This document shows positions 37,083 to 49,261 of a stretch of DNA of 64,000 bases, piece by piece. The notes under the pieces were generated by a model, which worked only from the letters and a program-made list of their open reading frames with translations, was not told the origin of the DNA and ran no database searches. The position numbers and the translations under genes were made by a program. Source of the stretch: Tubulanus polymorphus. Its lineage: Eukaryota; Animalia; Nemertea. Positions within the stretch are counted from its first letter, which is position 1; the number at the start of each line of letters is the position of its first letter. The stretch is from contig NC_134028.1 of assembly GCF_964204645.1 (NCBI RefSeq), positions 20,828,345 to 20,892,344 of the forward strand, read 5' to 3'.

Positions 37083-38860
37083 CTAGACGAGTGCCTGATT
37101 GGATGACCGAGCGACTGTACGACTGGTCGACTGGATGACCGAGTTACTGCATGACTGTACGAATCGGTCATATTGGAACACTGAATGAGATTTATAGTAA
37201 AAGGTTTTCTGAATCATTTCTAGATTGTAAACCATGTAATGCCTTGATGTATACTCGAAAATAATGGTGAATAAAGGAGTAGAAAGTGGTGTCATAAATG
37301 GGTGAAAAATCGATGAATTGATCATTTCATATTAACTTTAGGTATACCGTTAAATTCCTGTAGGCATATAGATTCAATGATTAGTTATCTACCGGGTACT
37401 GGTAATGAGACTTGACTTTGAATTGAAAATTGAAATCGGCAATTTCACCACATCGGTTTATGAAGCATACATACCTAATTCATCTGTATGTTCACAGTTC
37501 CAATCTATCAGTTGATACCCTACCCAGACTTTAAACAAATCTGGCCGGGTAAATCTATTTTCTGGCTGAACACAGCATTGCTCGTGTGTTCCCAAATAAT
37601 CAGCAGATCTACAGAGGGTCTTCGTGAAATTCGCACATAAATTAATACACTGTCTTAAAGTGAGACCGCGAATGCAATCATTTACAAATCCACTCATTGT
37701 CTTATCTGCAATAATGTTCCGTCTGAGTCTTTGCTGCGGTCCACACCTATCTAGAAAAGTAATTTAAAAACGTTACATATTCATATATATTGTCGCCGTC
37801 GCGACAAAATGAAATGCTGCCATTATGGGCGAGCTAGATCAATATCCTATTATCATCACGGCCCTCCACCTGAGTAGTAGATATTGGTTTCCTATACATG
37901 TATGTTCGCGTGATATCAATTAGATATTATATTCTGCATGTCGTAATACGCAACGAATCGTGAGAGACGAAAGGCTCTTAAAAAGGCTATTAATTGAAAG
38001 TGATAGGTATTGCAAGCCCTCTTCCTGCGGATAAGCGAATTTGTAAACAATGTAATTTGAATGTAGTCGAGGATAAGAGCATTTTACACCAAACTGTCAA
38101 CGCTAGGTAAATAAAAGAAATAGGCGCAAGTCCAGTATACGACATTATTAGTGCGTGTGTAGAGTTACACTGCGCTATTCGGTCAGTTTTCACGCCAGTT
38201 GACCGTAGACAGCCGACACCTAAAGTAAACTACGAGAACAGGTGGCAACCTGTGAACCCGTTGACAGCCGACACCTAAAATCAACTACGAGAACAGGTTG
38301 CAACCTGTGAACCCGTAGACAGCCGACACCTAAAGTTTTCTTTAATCTTTTTTTCAAACATATCTTTTCAACCTCGTGTACCGGTACATATCTTTTCAAC
38401 TCATAGTGTAATCTTTTCGCAACCGTTTTGTAATTTGTATATTTTTTGTCATACTCCATCCCATTGTTGATGAAATGCTATAATGTTTTATTGAAAAATG
38501 TAAATAGTGTCAATAAAGATTGAATTGAATTGGTCACTTCAGTGTCTAGCATTCAAGTTACCAGTATGGGGGCAAAGGACTGAAGATCATCCCGTTAGTT
38601 GTTTGAAATCAAGCGCAGCCGGCCGACATAAACCTCGGAGGTGTAAACTGAGCTACGATTGCATTTCTTCTCAGATCTGTGCGTTGCAAAAATGACCTGA
38701 TTCGTTTAAACCGGTTTCGAAGTGAAGTAGTTGCTGCTTTTTTCAGAACTCAGTTAAACAACAAATAAACATAGTATCGACATCAAAAGAACTTACCTAA
38801 AACTGCAGTTTTCACCTGAATCGTAGCAACAGCCAGGAGACATACACTTAAATAAAACAT
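37083..38860 (-). CDS. Small secreted PAN/apple-domain protein
   Basis: Signal-peptide exon 38797-38860 (MFYLSVCLLAVATIQVKTAVL); symmetric phase-1 PAN exon 37475-37750 ('LRQCINLCANFTKTLCRSADY..QCCV'); candidate last exon 37083-37180. Confidence 0.7.
38200..38535 (+). repeat. ~57-bp tandem repeat (2.4 copies) followed by a LINE-like 3' tail
   Basis: gacagccgacacctaaa..actacgagaacagg..gcaacctgtgaacccg repeated; ends aataaagattgaattgaattg. Confidence 0.55.
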
Positions 38861-39281
38861 GGTTTGAAATGATTCGAATCCACGCCTAAACAACTCGGCT
38901 ACAATCGACTCTCTGCGGTATTATTTGGTTTAACTTGTCGTTGTCACGGAGAAAAAATAATATACAATGAAGGCAATGGTCGATTTGTTTCTCCTATCTC
39001 GATAGGCAACAGTATCGTTTTTGAGGCCACGCAAATAAATACCCTGGTTTCTCATCAGCCTTTCTTAGAAAAGTGACGAGGGAGGCAGGTTTTTATTTTC
39101 ACCCCCTTTTAAAGAAAAAGAAAGTAGAAAGAAAGAAAAACGAGAGCGTCTACATGTATTTCTTATTTTTTTAGATAGGGGAAATTTAGGCGCATAATTT
39201 TGAGCGTAATTTGAAGAAAATCTGATAATTATCTCAAAATTCAGTGGTTCAGCGATCCATCAAAATTAGAACATCGTCGTG

Positions 39282-39441
<160 letters not shown>

Positions 39442-40231
39442 ATTGTATTTAATTTATTGTGATAACGAGTGGAAACCACGGGTGATCTTTAAACGCAGAA
39501 CTTCCAACCTTTCAATTCATTGCACGCGAATTTAGTAAGAGTATTTAAAAGTGGCCTATTCTCAGAACAGCAGAATAGAATATGTTTTATTGCTGGACAA
39601 AAAAATACAATTGCTTAGAGCACAAAACAAAATCAAAATTTATAACAATTACAATAATCAATTCAGTTCACAATTAACAGGTAATTAACATACATAGACG
39701 CACATACACATACAAATACAAAATCAAAATACATACAACAACATATACAAATATGGTCTAGAGAAATTAAGAAGCAGTTTTGATAAATTTGGTGAGTTGA
39801 ATAAGCTGTTTCCCTTTAGTTTTAATTAGTTGGGTAAATGTGTAAACGCTTGGTCTAGTTCTGAAAAATTGTTTTAAAACTTTAGTGCGGAAATTTCGGA
39901 AAAAGGACAATTAATGACGTGATGGAATTCGTCCGCGACATCTTCAGTGTCACAGAGACTACAAATTCTTTCCTCCCTGGGGTTCGATTGTATCGTCCGG
40001 TTTCTATGGGTTATTTGTGGTTTGAGCAACGAAAGCGGCAGAAAATTATTCTTATGTCCGATGGCATTGTGGTGAGATATTCTTCAAAGCCCCATTCACT
40101 TTTGAAATGTTTATAATATATAGCTGCGTTAGAGTTGTTTAGGGATTCGTGTTTGGATAAACCGATCTGTTAAGCGTTGCTGTACGGTGGAAGCAAAAAT
40201 ATTTAAGTTTGGGGTAATCTGTGTATACCAT

Positions 40232-41008
40232 GGTGAACGGAAAAAATGGCCAAGGAAAAATGGCCAGGAAAAAATGGCCAAGGAAAGAATGGCCAAGGTA
40301 TTTGCCTAGGAAAAAATGGCCAAGGTAAAAATGGCCACGGAAAAGTAGGCCAAGGAAGATTAAATGGAAAACTGACTGTCATTTTACTAACTAACACGAA
40401 ATCAATTGCATTGATGTTTTCCGATGTTTTGGCATGTCACTTTTCGAGATTATTAGACAAATTCCTGAATTAGTTTAGGTAAATTTACGACGATCATATC
40501 TCACTATGATGTTATCAGACACTGCACTAGTTTGCTATATAAGTTACCACATAATTTCGATGCATTTACCTTTGATTTAAGACAGTCTGTGCCCTAATAG
40601 CTTATTTAGATGTTTTGAATTGCCAATTTAGTTATCTTATTAAGTTTAAGTTCATCACTAGTAAGTTTATCCATTGACCACTTGCAGGATAGTTCTTGAT
40701 ATATTCATTATATGTAATGAAATGAAATGTAAGTTCATCACATTTCTGAACTCATTAATACCGATATTAATTGTTTTAAGCCCCATGAAAATATATGATG
40801 TCTTTAAATTGAAAGTTTAATGTTTTTATTAACATTGGCAGTACACATACATTTTTCTTGGCCTTTTTTCCGTGGCCATTTTTTCCTTGGCCATTTTTTC
40901 CTAGGCAAATACCTTGGCCATTTTTCCTTGGCCATTTTTTCCTGGCCATTTTTTCCTTGGCCATTTTTTCCTTGGCCATTTTTTCCTTGGCCATTTTCTC
41001 CTACATTC
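40232..41008. mobile_element. Non-autonomous Mutator-like element with tandem-subrepeat TIRs
   Basis: Arrays of 15-bp ggaaaaaatggccaa at the left and the inverted array at the right; 9-bp TSD GTATACCAT (40223-40231, 41009-41017). Confidence 0.85.
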
Positions 41009-42223
41009 GTATACCATATTTCGCCCAACCCATTGGTTTCTACATGTAGAACATGTAGTCAAGCCATTTACTAGTGTTTCTGTCAGTTAAAAAGTGACGG
41101 TACAGGGTTTTACACACATACGATGATAATTTGTTAATATTCCAACAGGTTTCTCCAGAAATTTAATCACTACGTGGCGCATGGACAGACGGAAGAAGTC
41201 AGTTTGGCTTGGGTTTTCCTCGCCGTCGGTCGTGCTTTTACGGTTGTGGTGGTTCACAGCGTGGCTTCTGTGACCGTACTTTTGTTGAACTGTGTGTCCT
41301 CCTTTGTGCAGTTTGGTGTCTGTCACCCGGGGTTTCCACTGTGCAGTGTGGACGTCCAATGTGTTTGGACTTTGAGAATTTTTGATTGCCCACTTCGGTG
41401 GTCGGATCCAATGTGTTTGGACACATTTTATAGTTACGTATGTTTTGATTGCCCACTTCGGTGGTCGCATCCAATGTGTTTGGACAAATCTTGAGGCTAC
41501 TGTGTGTGGCTGTTCACTGTGTGTGCACTAGAGGCTGTGTGCCTTGTAGGACTGTGTGTCCTGTTGCCTGCTGTGTGCGGGCTGGTGGGCTGTGTGCCCC
41601 GGAGTCCGCTGTCTGTGAGAAAAGATTGGAAGAATCGTGACGTTAGAATAAAGAGTGATAATGAATAAATGAATTTTAGGGCAGAGAAAACTCGAGAGGT
41701 CAGGGTTGTTGGTTCTCCATATTCTATGTGTGTTTGGAATACTACGTCCCACTATTGTGAGATTTATTATCGTTCAAGGTGTTCGTCTATTATTTCGGTT
41801 TTCTGCAGATCTGTTTCGGCGATTTTATTTAGCGCATTTGCGTTTCCGGCTAGAGTCAGTCGCGCTCAACGCACGATTTAGTTTGCTCCGTTCGTGCGGG
41901 ACGCGTACCATACACTTATCGTTTCAAGTTTTATGAGAGCCTTTTGATTGAGTTAACTCATTGAAAATGAACTAACTTTAACTCAGAGTTAACTCTATCT
42001 CACAACTGTGGAACTGGATCCAGTTATTGTTTTTTTTCATCTCTGGACTCTAGAGAAGATTGTAATTCAATGCGAGGTTTGTTGATTGTTTAAATACAAG
42101 GGACAGGTGAATTGATTTCTAAGAATAAAACGTTGGCTCGACATTGACCCGGCACTCGTAATCAAACGTCAGTCTTCACATAAATGGGTCATCAGTCAGG
42201 TGACTGTTTCATAACAAAACAAA

Positions 42224-43732
42224 ATGTCCGTGGCTGTTGCTGTCGTGTCGTTATTTTGTGACTGGGATAATTTACGGTTTATCAATGTATTCATGTTGTT
42301 CTGCGGTTCGTACATTCTCTGGTTGATTTATAATGAATATTTCCGCTGGTATCTCCCGCCCGGTCCGTGGGGCTTACCGATTATCGGGCACCTGACCTCG
42401 ATCGGGAAAAATCCGCATCTCACGTTCATGAAAATGCGCGCGAAATACGGAGATGTTTTCCGCATCCGTCTCGGTGGTTTCCCAACAATTGTCGTCAACG
42501 GTAATGAATTAATCCGCGAGGTAACTAACGCGAGAGTCGATGATTTCGCCGGTCGACCGAGGTTTTATTTATTCTCGCTGCGCGATGATGGATTATCGGG
42601 TGGTCTTTATGACGACTCTTGGCGTATGATGAAGAACGTCGCTATGAAATCTCTCCATCGTTTCGACAACGAAAACGACGACGGGGATTTCAACGACTTA
42701 TTATCGGATGAAGCTGAGAGATTGGTTAACGCTATTTCACGGCACGACGGACTTCCGTTCAGTCCGAAGATGCAGATATTCACGACCGTGGGCAGTGTGG
42801 CCTATCAGCTGTGTTACGGGCGCGGGCACGATTTAAATGGGGATGAGGTTTTCAAACAGATCGTGGATGGATCAAATGAATTCATCGAGTTTGCCAGTGC
42901 GGGGAATCCCGTCGAAGTGTTACCGTGGTTACGCTATTTCATGCCTTGGAAAACTAGCGCCATTCGTAAAGTAATGTCGTTTTCGGACGAAATCAGCAAG
43001 GAAATTCTAGCCAATCATGAAGAGACATTCTCGGCCAATCATATTCGAGATATTTTAGATAGTTACCTAGCGTTGGATTATGATAAACCGGCGTTAAGCG
43101 GCTTAAATAAAAGCCGACTCAGTTATACATGTTTTGAGTTTTTAACGGCAGGTTATGAGACGACTGCCACAGTTAGTCTCTGGACGCTGCTCTATATGGT
43201 TAAACACCCGGACGTACAGCAGAAAATCTATGATGAGATATCCGATGTGCTCGGCGATTCTCAAGCGCAGGTCTCTGATAAATCGAAATTACCGTTTCTA
43301 GAAGCTACGATTACAGAAGTGATGCGTATCCGAACCCCGGTCACGCTCGCTCTTCCTCACGCCGCCGTTAGAGATTCTAGAATCGGTGGATTTGACGTCC
43401 CTGAAGGAACGGTCGTCTTACTCAACCTCTATTCACTCGCTCAAGATGAATCCGTCTGGAAAGATCCGCACGATTTCCGCCCTGAACGATTTCTCACACC
43501 AGACGGACGAATAGATCGTAAAAAGTGTAATTTGATTCTACCGTTCGGCGCCGGAATCAGGAAATGCCCGGGCGAAAATTTAGCGAAGTTTGAATTGTTC
43601 GTATTTTTAGCGTCGATTCTACAGAAGTTTGAGATTTTACCGGTTCCAGGTTTTGAGTATAACATGACTCCGATACATGGTCTGACGGACTACCCACAAA
43701 TATTCGATATCATCGCTAAACACAGAAAATAA
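42224..43732 (+). CDS. Cytochrome P450, clan 2, CYP1-like, intronless CDS
   Basis: 502 aa; N-terminal anchor, PPGPWGLPIIG, 'GKNPHLTF..KYGDVF', FAGRP, AGNP, I-helix AGYETTAT, EVMR, PERF, heme FGAGIRKCPG. Confidence 0.93.
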   Translation: MSVAVAVVSLFCDWDNLRFINVFMLFCGSYILWLIYNEYFRWYLPPGPWGLPIIGHLTSIGKNPHLTFMKMRAKYGDVFRIRLGGFPTIVVNGNELIREVTNARVDDFAGRPRFYLFSLRDDGLSGGLYDDSWRMMKNVAMKSLHRFDNENDDGDFNDLLSDEAERLVNAISRHDGLPFSPKMQIFTTVGSVAYQLCYGRGHDLNGDEVFKQIVDGSNEFIEFASAGNPVEVLPWLRYFMPWKTSAIRKVMSFSDEISKEILANHEETFSANHIRDILDSYLALDYDKPALSGLNKSRLSYTCFEFLTAGYETTATVSLWTLLYMVKHPDVQQKIYDEISDVLGDSQAQVSDKSKLPFLEATITEVMRIRTPVTLALPHAAVRDSRIGGFDVPEGTVVLLNLYSLAQDESVWKDPHDFRPERFLTPDGRIDRKKCNLILPFGAGIRKCPGENLAKFELFVFLASILQKFEILPVPGFEYNMTPIHGLTDYPQIFDIIAKHRK

Positions 43733-45090
43733 TATTGATAATTGTTTCTTCAATTAAACGCCCTGAGTTCGGGTTGTTAAGATGATTTAAAATTCCTCCT
43801 CAATAAGAATGAAAATATTCTGAAATATATCCTTAAACTGCAGTTAATATCATAATTATATTATAACACTTTCCGAATATTACTGTATTATGATAATGTT
43901 TGATAACTTGTGTAATAATACTTTATCCAGCACCAGTATTAAACTCATTTACTGAAGCCAGCTGAGTGTTTGTGTGGACTTGTATGACTTGTATGGCGTT
44001 ATCGTTTTTCTCATCTGTTACTAGCTGCACCCATGAGTTCAGATCTTCATTAAAATTCATACATTATAGAATGATCATACCGGTACTTTACATATCTATT
44101 TGCTATCTATATTTCTGTTACCTTGGGCCTCCATGGGAAGGATAAATTTTCAGTAGGTAATTGATTAAAGGGATCAAGTATCCACGGGCACAGGTCACGT
44201 CGGTCCCGAGATCACATTATGGTCTCTAGAGCACGGGTGATCACAACTCATTATAGAGTTAAATCTTAACTCAGAACCTGTGGAACTGGACCCTGAATAC
44301 TAAACTAAACATCAACCAGATCAATATAATCTGTATTGCCAATTAGTAAAGCTACAAGGCAGTCGCGAGCTAATGTTGGTTAGAGGTGGTCCACCACTAA
44401 TAACAAAGCAATTTCAATGTTTCTTTTAACAATACTTATTTCATTTATTTTTAAAACATTTTAAAATCGTCATGCAGACAGGATCGCGATTATTGTTTTA
44501 AAGTTGATCAATGTACATAATTATCAGTGTAATAATGAAATGAAGCTCTGGTTATTGAAAATTGGCCAGAATTGCTTTAATATGGATTGAGGTTACTTGT
44601 GGACAGCCTGTCTGCATGACGATTGTAATAAAATGGTTTCTTTTTTAATTACTTTTCAAAATCCTGCATTGGTTGAAACTTAACTCCGAAGTGTAGAACA
44701 TGAAAAAGACATTCTCTTCATGTTTGTAGAAACGTTTTTGAACCGTTAAGAAGGCTTAAAACTGAAAGGTTTATTTAAAAACATTAAGAAACGCTGTTTC
44801 GTCTTGAAAGGCAACATTTATGTAACCCTATGTAAGTGCTTTTGTATCAGCTATGGCATATTATTGTATCTTGTGTTAAATCGCCATTAGGACGCCCTAA
44901 TGGTGATTTGACAGCCAATACAATAATTTGTTTTATCACAAATGCCACATGTCACATACGAAACTCGGCTTTAAATCAGAATATGTCAACATTTGTACGT
45001 ATCCATATTCAGTTCAAACCAGTTGGACTTTTTACGAAACAGTGCTGGTGTAGACCTAGCTGATAGATTACTCCTTGATTCCGCAGCGCG

Positions 45091-45165
45091 ATGGAAGTAC
45101 AGGCTGTTTAGAATTATTCGGACGATACAGAAAATATCAAATATTTCAACTTTTCATCATCGAGT
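45091..45165 (+). pseudogene. Degenerate duplicate of SLC22 exon 1
   Basis: MEVQAV/(frameshift)LELFGRYRKYQIFQLFIIE versus MEVEAVLKDLGRYGRYQIFQLFIIE at 45616. Confidence 0.75.
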
Positions 45166-46319
45166 GTCGTGAGTTTTTTTCATCATCGAGTGACGTATTT
45201 TTTCCCTTTCCGTCTTTGGGTTTGCTATTCCGAATGTCTCCTACCCTCTCATCTCTCAGATAGGTGTGCACCGGCTGATAAATATTTCAAGTTTAACTTA
45301 AAGTTTAGCACCGAAGTTCACATGTGTTTCAGAATTAAGACAAGCAATTTTGTAACAAGTAAAAATGGCCTGTCCTGCTAACAGTATAGACTCAACGTTC
45401 GTTGAATCATTGGATTTCAACAAAAAAAGCCTAGAGTATCTTTTCCAGTAAACAATAAAGTGCTATCGGTCGGATCTTGAATATTGAACCTAGAAATCAA
45501 GTTTTTTTACATTACATTGATGTATTCTACCGGTTTAACAAGTCTTTAGTTATTATATAGTGTGATACCGGTTATAAAATAGTCTCGGTTGACAGTACGG
45601 GTCGTTTGCAGCACGATGGAAGTGGAAGCCGTTTTGAAGGATTTAGGGAGATACGGCAGATATCAGATATTTCAGTTGTTTATTATCGAAATTGCGTCCT
45701 TATCAACGCCTATATGTACAGTCGGTTGGATATTTCAAGGTAAACATATTACATTTTATTCCAAAAAGTAGGCCCTATAAGTATACTTTCATGAATTTCA
45801 ACTTGTTTTAACGGACACATGGTTATATATATATATATAATTACGTTATAGTATAAAATTGTCATGTCTTTAAAATTCAGCGTGGATTCCAGAATATCAT
45901 TGCAAACTGTCTACGCTGAACCAAACAGTGAACGGGTCGATACCGTTTATAACTAGTGAGGATGGAGAACTTAAACTCGATCAATTTCGACAATTCAAGT
46001 CAATTACAGATAATATCACAGTCGCCTGTCAAAATGGTTACTCTTACCAGTCAGATGGTTTTTACTCTAACACAACAGGCCAGTCAGTCAATCTACAGAA
46101 AGCTTAATGCCATCTAATCACCAGAATGAAATGATTTTATCTATTTTCAGTTTTCGTGGGTTTGTGAATCGAGTCACGTGAATGCTTTAGCGATGACGAT
46201 ATATTTCGGTGGTTTTTTGGCTGGAAGTATAGTGGCGCCACCTTGGTCGGATTATTTCGGAAGGAAAATTCCGTATATAGTCTGTTCTATATTATTCGCC
46301 GTTTCGGTGTTTCTACCTG

Positions 46320-46479
46320 GGGGTCATTCATTTATTACGTACGCACCAAGGGAGGGGTCAGTGCAATTGTGTACTGTAATGCTTACTGTATATGGAAAAA
46401 AATGGCCGATTTTGCGTACAGAGGGGGAGGGGGGTTGAAAAATTCAAATTTTATGCGTACGTAATAAATGAATGATCCC
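46320..46479. mobile_element. PIF/Harbinger-like MITE inserted in SLC22 exon 3
   Basis: Same element as 21296-21461; TSD CTG (46317-46319, 46480-46482). Confidence 0.9.
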
Positions 46480-47276
46480 CTGTCATTTTTGTCAACCAAA
46501 CATTTTTCATTACAATGAAATTCGTTAGCGGAGTTTTCAATATAGTAAATAATTTTCTATTATTGATGATGAACTGATTAGAAATCATTCAATTCCCGGC
46601 GGAAGCAAGTTGGGTTAGAAATCCATTGAAATAGAAATTTCGTTTCCACACCAACAATTTTGAAACCGCAATTTTGGTTTGAATCCGATATACGCATTTA
46701 GGCAGAAAACCCGTTATAGATAGATGCTTGCAGTTATACTTTCAGATTTTATTTCGTTTGAAAATGAAATTTCAAATAGGAGAATAATATAATATGCACG
46801 ACAAAGAAATAACAGATGACTCCAAAGAATTACTAGATAACAAAATTGATCATTTGCCAGGAAGATATTTCTGCTTACATGATTTGGTTGTTTCTTTCAG
46901 GGTGCCTCCATAGTGTCTCATGTTTTGGTTTGCGAATGGTTCCCGACCGATCAGCGTTCATTCGCAAACGCTTTTCACATGCTCACCTGGACAGTAGGAA
47001 TGCTTATAACCGGAGCGTGCGGCTACTTGTTCTCTCATTGGAAATATATGCAAATCGTCGGGGGTATCTTTTCTTGTTTCGCAATTTCAGGAATTTGGTA
47101 AATAGATTTTTCAGATAACAAAATGTCCATTCAAAATTGAAGACATTCGTCAAACTAATTTTGTAACCAGGTTTTACGATGAATCTGTGGCGTGGCTCGT
47201 CGCTAATTCCAAATCAGAAGAAGCGATCAGAATTTTGAGAAAAGCAGCGAAATTTAACAAACGTTCGCTTTCACCA

Positions 47277-47766
47277 CGTTGCGTTCTCCCCTCGTGTTGT
47301 CGTTGTTTGTTCCGATTAATCCGATTAGTGATATCCCTCTGACTCCAGAATAATAACAACACTTCTCGTGGGTCTAAGTTCTTCCTTTATTCTCCCGTAC
47401 AATTCTTATTCCTTCCTACAGCTCGTATTTTAGACTTCTCCACCACTCTAGAATCTCTCAACCCTCTTACTGTGCTGACCCTCCCTTTTTATACTATTTC
47501 ATGCTCGCGACGTATCTTCTACATATTTTATACGTCACGAGTTTATTACTTGTTTACTACCTAGCCATACCAGAGCTCAAGGCTCCCGCTATAACCAGCA
47601 TCCCTACGCAGATACTCACGTCACTTTCACCTATCTTCTATTCGATGTCTTATGTGCGACGTAAGCATCTACGCAGGTTGTTAACTAACTTCAGCCACTG
47701 CCCTGAACTCTGGCTTCCCTCCCTGTTATGCAAACTACTTGTTAACTAATTTATCACTCCAATACT
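47277..47766 (-). mobile_element. Probable solo LTR (Gypsy-like) inserted in SLC22 exon 5
   Basis: 4-bp TSD ACCA (47273-76, 47767-70); minus strand begins AGT, has TATAAAA (~47530) then AATAAA (~47390); removal restores the SLC22 frame. Confidence 0.65.
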
Positions 47767-48319
47767 ACCATTAGAACAACCTCAGATAGACAAGGAAAGT
47801 AAAAGTAAGGAAACCCTATTGCTAAGGTAAATTGTCAAAAATACGCGACCTTTAAAATTCATTAACGAACATCGACCTTTTTTATACCAAAATATGTTAT
47901 ATTCAGATAAAAGCTCGGTTGTGGATAGAGTTAAACTAGTGTTTAGAAATATGGTCGACTGTGGTAAGGGTAGCGAAGATTCGGATAATGAAACGATTGG
48001 AATTTTACAGATTCTCAAACATCCAAAACTGCGTCTATACACGATATTAGAAGCTTTTATCTGGTATGCGTTATGAATGTATATAATAACTTGTATGGGG
48101 AGGAGGGGTTTCGTATTTTCTGTAAAAACCACCTTAACTATGAACCTTAAGATCATTTAAGCTTATCAAGAGGAGTGATTTGCCTAATTTCTGATGAGGG
48201 AGGCTAAAAATCTAGATGAAAGTTCATTGAAAATTTACTGGATTTTGACGGGTTGTCGCACTGTTTCTGTTATGCATCTAGCGGGATAGCTGGAGGCACT
48301 AAGTCCTCATAGATTCATA

Positions 48320-48915
48320 TTTGGAATTATTACTTTATTTACTTGGTTTATCGTCATAATTACAACATATACAATGGAATATTCAATTGTGATCCCAAAT
48401 ACATGTAACCATATACAAAAAAAACATGCTTTAATACAATTTCACTCCTTTACACCATGGACTCCACAACGAACTGTAGATGTGCCAAATAGGTATAAAG
48501 GGTTTAGTAGGTAGGAGGTAGATTGATTGAGTTATGAATTTTTGATTCTTACTAGCGATAAATGACAACTATAAGGATTTTCTTAAAGGGACAAGATATT
48601 CTAAAAAATGACTTATTTCATCCTATAATTTCGGACCTTTGTATCTATGGAAATAACAGACAGTCCTACGCATATGTCTGATATATGTAGAACTGAATTT
48701 AATGTCATTTTTGTAGAATTCTATAACTAAATAAATTAAGCATTTAAGAATCAAATCATCAATACATTCCGCAACAATACTGTTTTCCTTCTTCATAAAC
48801 AACATGGGAGAATGTGTGAGCAGGTATAACATAAGGAAATCGAACTCGAAATCATGCTACTTTTATACGCAGACGATACACGGTGATTCTAGTAGAATCA
48901 CCAGAAGAAATTCGA
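48320..48915. mobile_element. Rearranged LINE fragments
   Basis: Plus-strand RT motif LLLYADDT at ~48855-48885; adjacent minus-strand LINE-like 3' region. Confidence 0.5.
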
Positions 48916-49261
48916 AAGAATAGCAACCAAGTTCTATAAGATCTCTAATGGGCGTCGAGCAATAGACACCAAAATATTTTGTATATAGAGATGGGGGATC
49001 AGTATATATAATTAGTAACCACTTTCAAATATACTGGTACCAAATCATTTAGAGCAGATATAATAAATTCACACGTAAAATACGCAACATAACGCTGATG
49101 GATATTTCACGGTCCAGCAATGGTTATCTAGGCATCTGAAGTCAGCGATTTACTTAATTGACTAACGGCAATGTATGGTAAACCAAAAAACAAGCCTTTT
49201 AGAATCGCCAGATTCAGATGTACATGCTGTGCACGTTTGTACATCGTGATCGGTCGGCGCA

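Noticed and set aside
40203-41074. GKNGQ/WPFFP repeat ORFs
   Set aside because: Translations of the 15-bp subrepeats of the Mutator-like element
41087-41752. Overlapping ORFs with short internal repeats
   Set aside because: No recognisable domain; driven by a ~55-bp local repeat and TG-rich sequence, probably a retroelement UTR fragment
48191-48230. CTGATGAG...GAAAG hammerhead candidate (also 28666, 32507)
   Set aside because: No stem II or stem I complementarity
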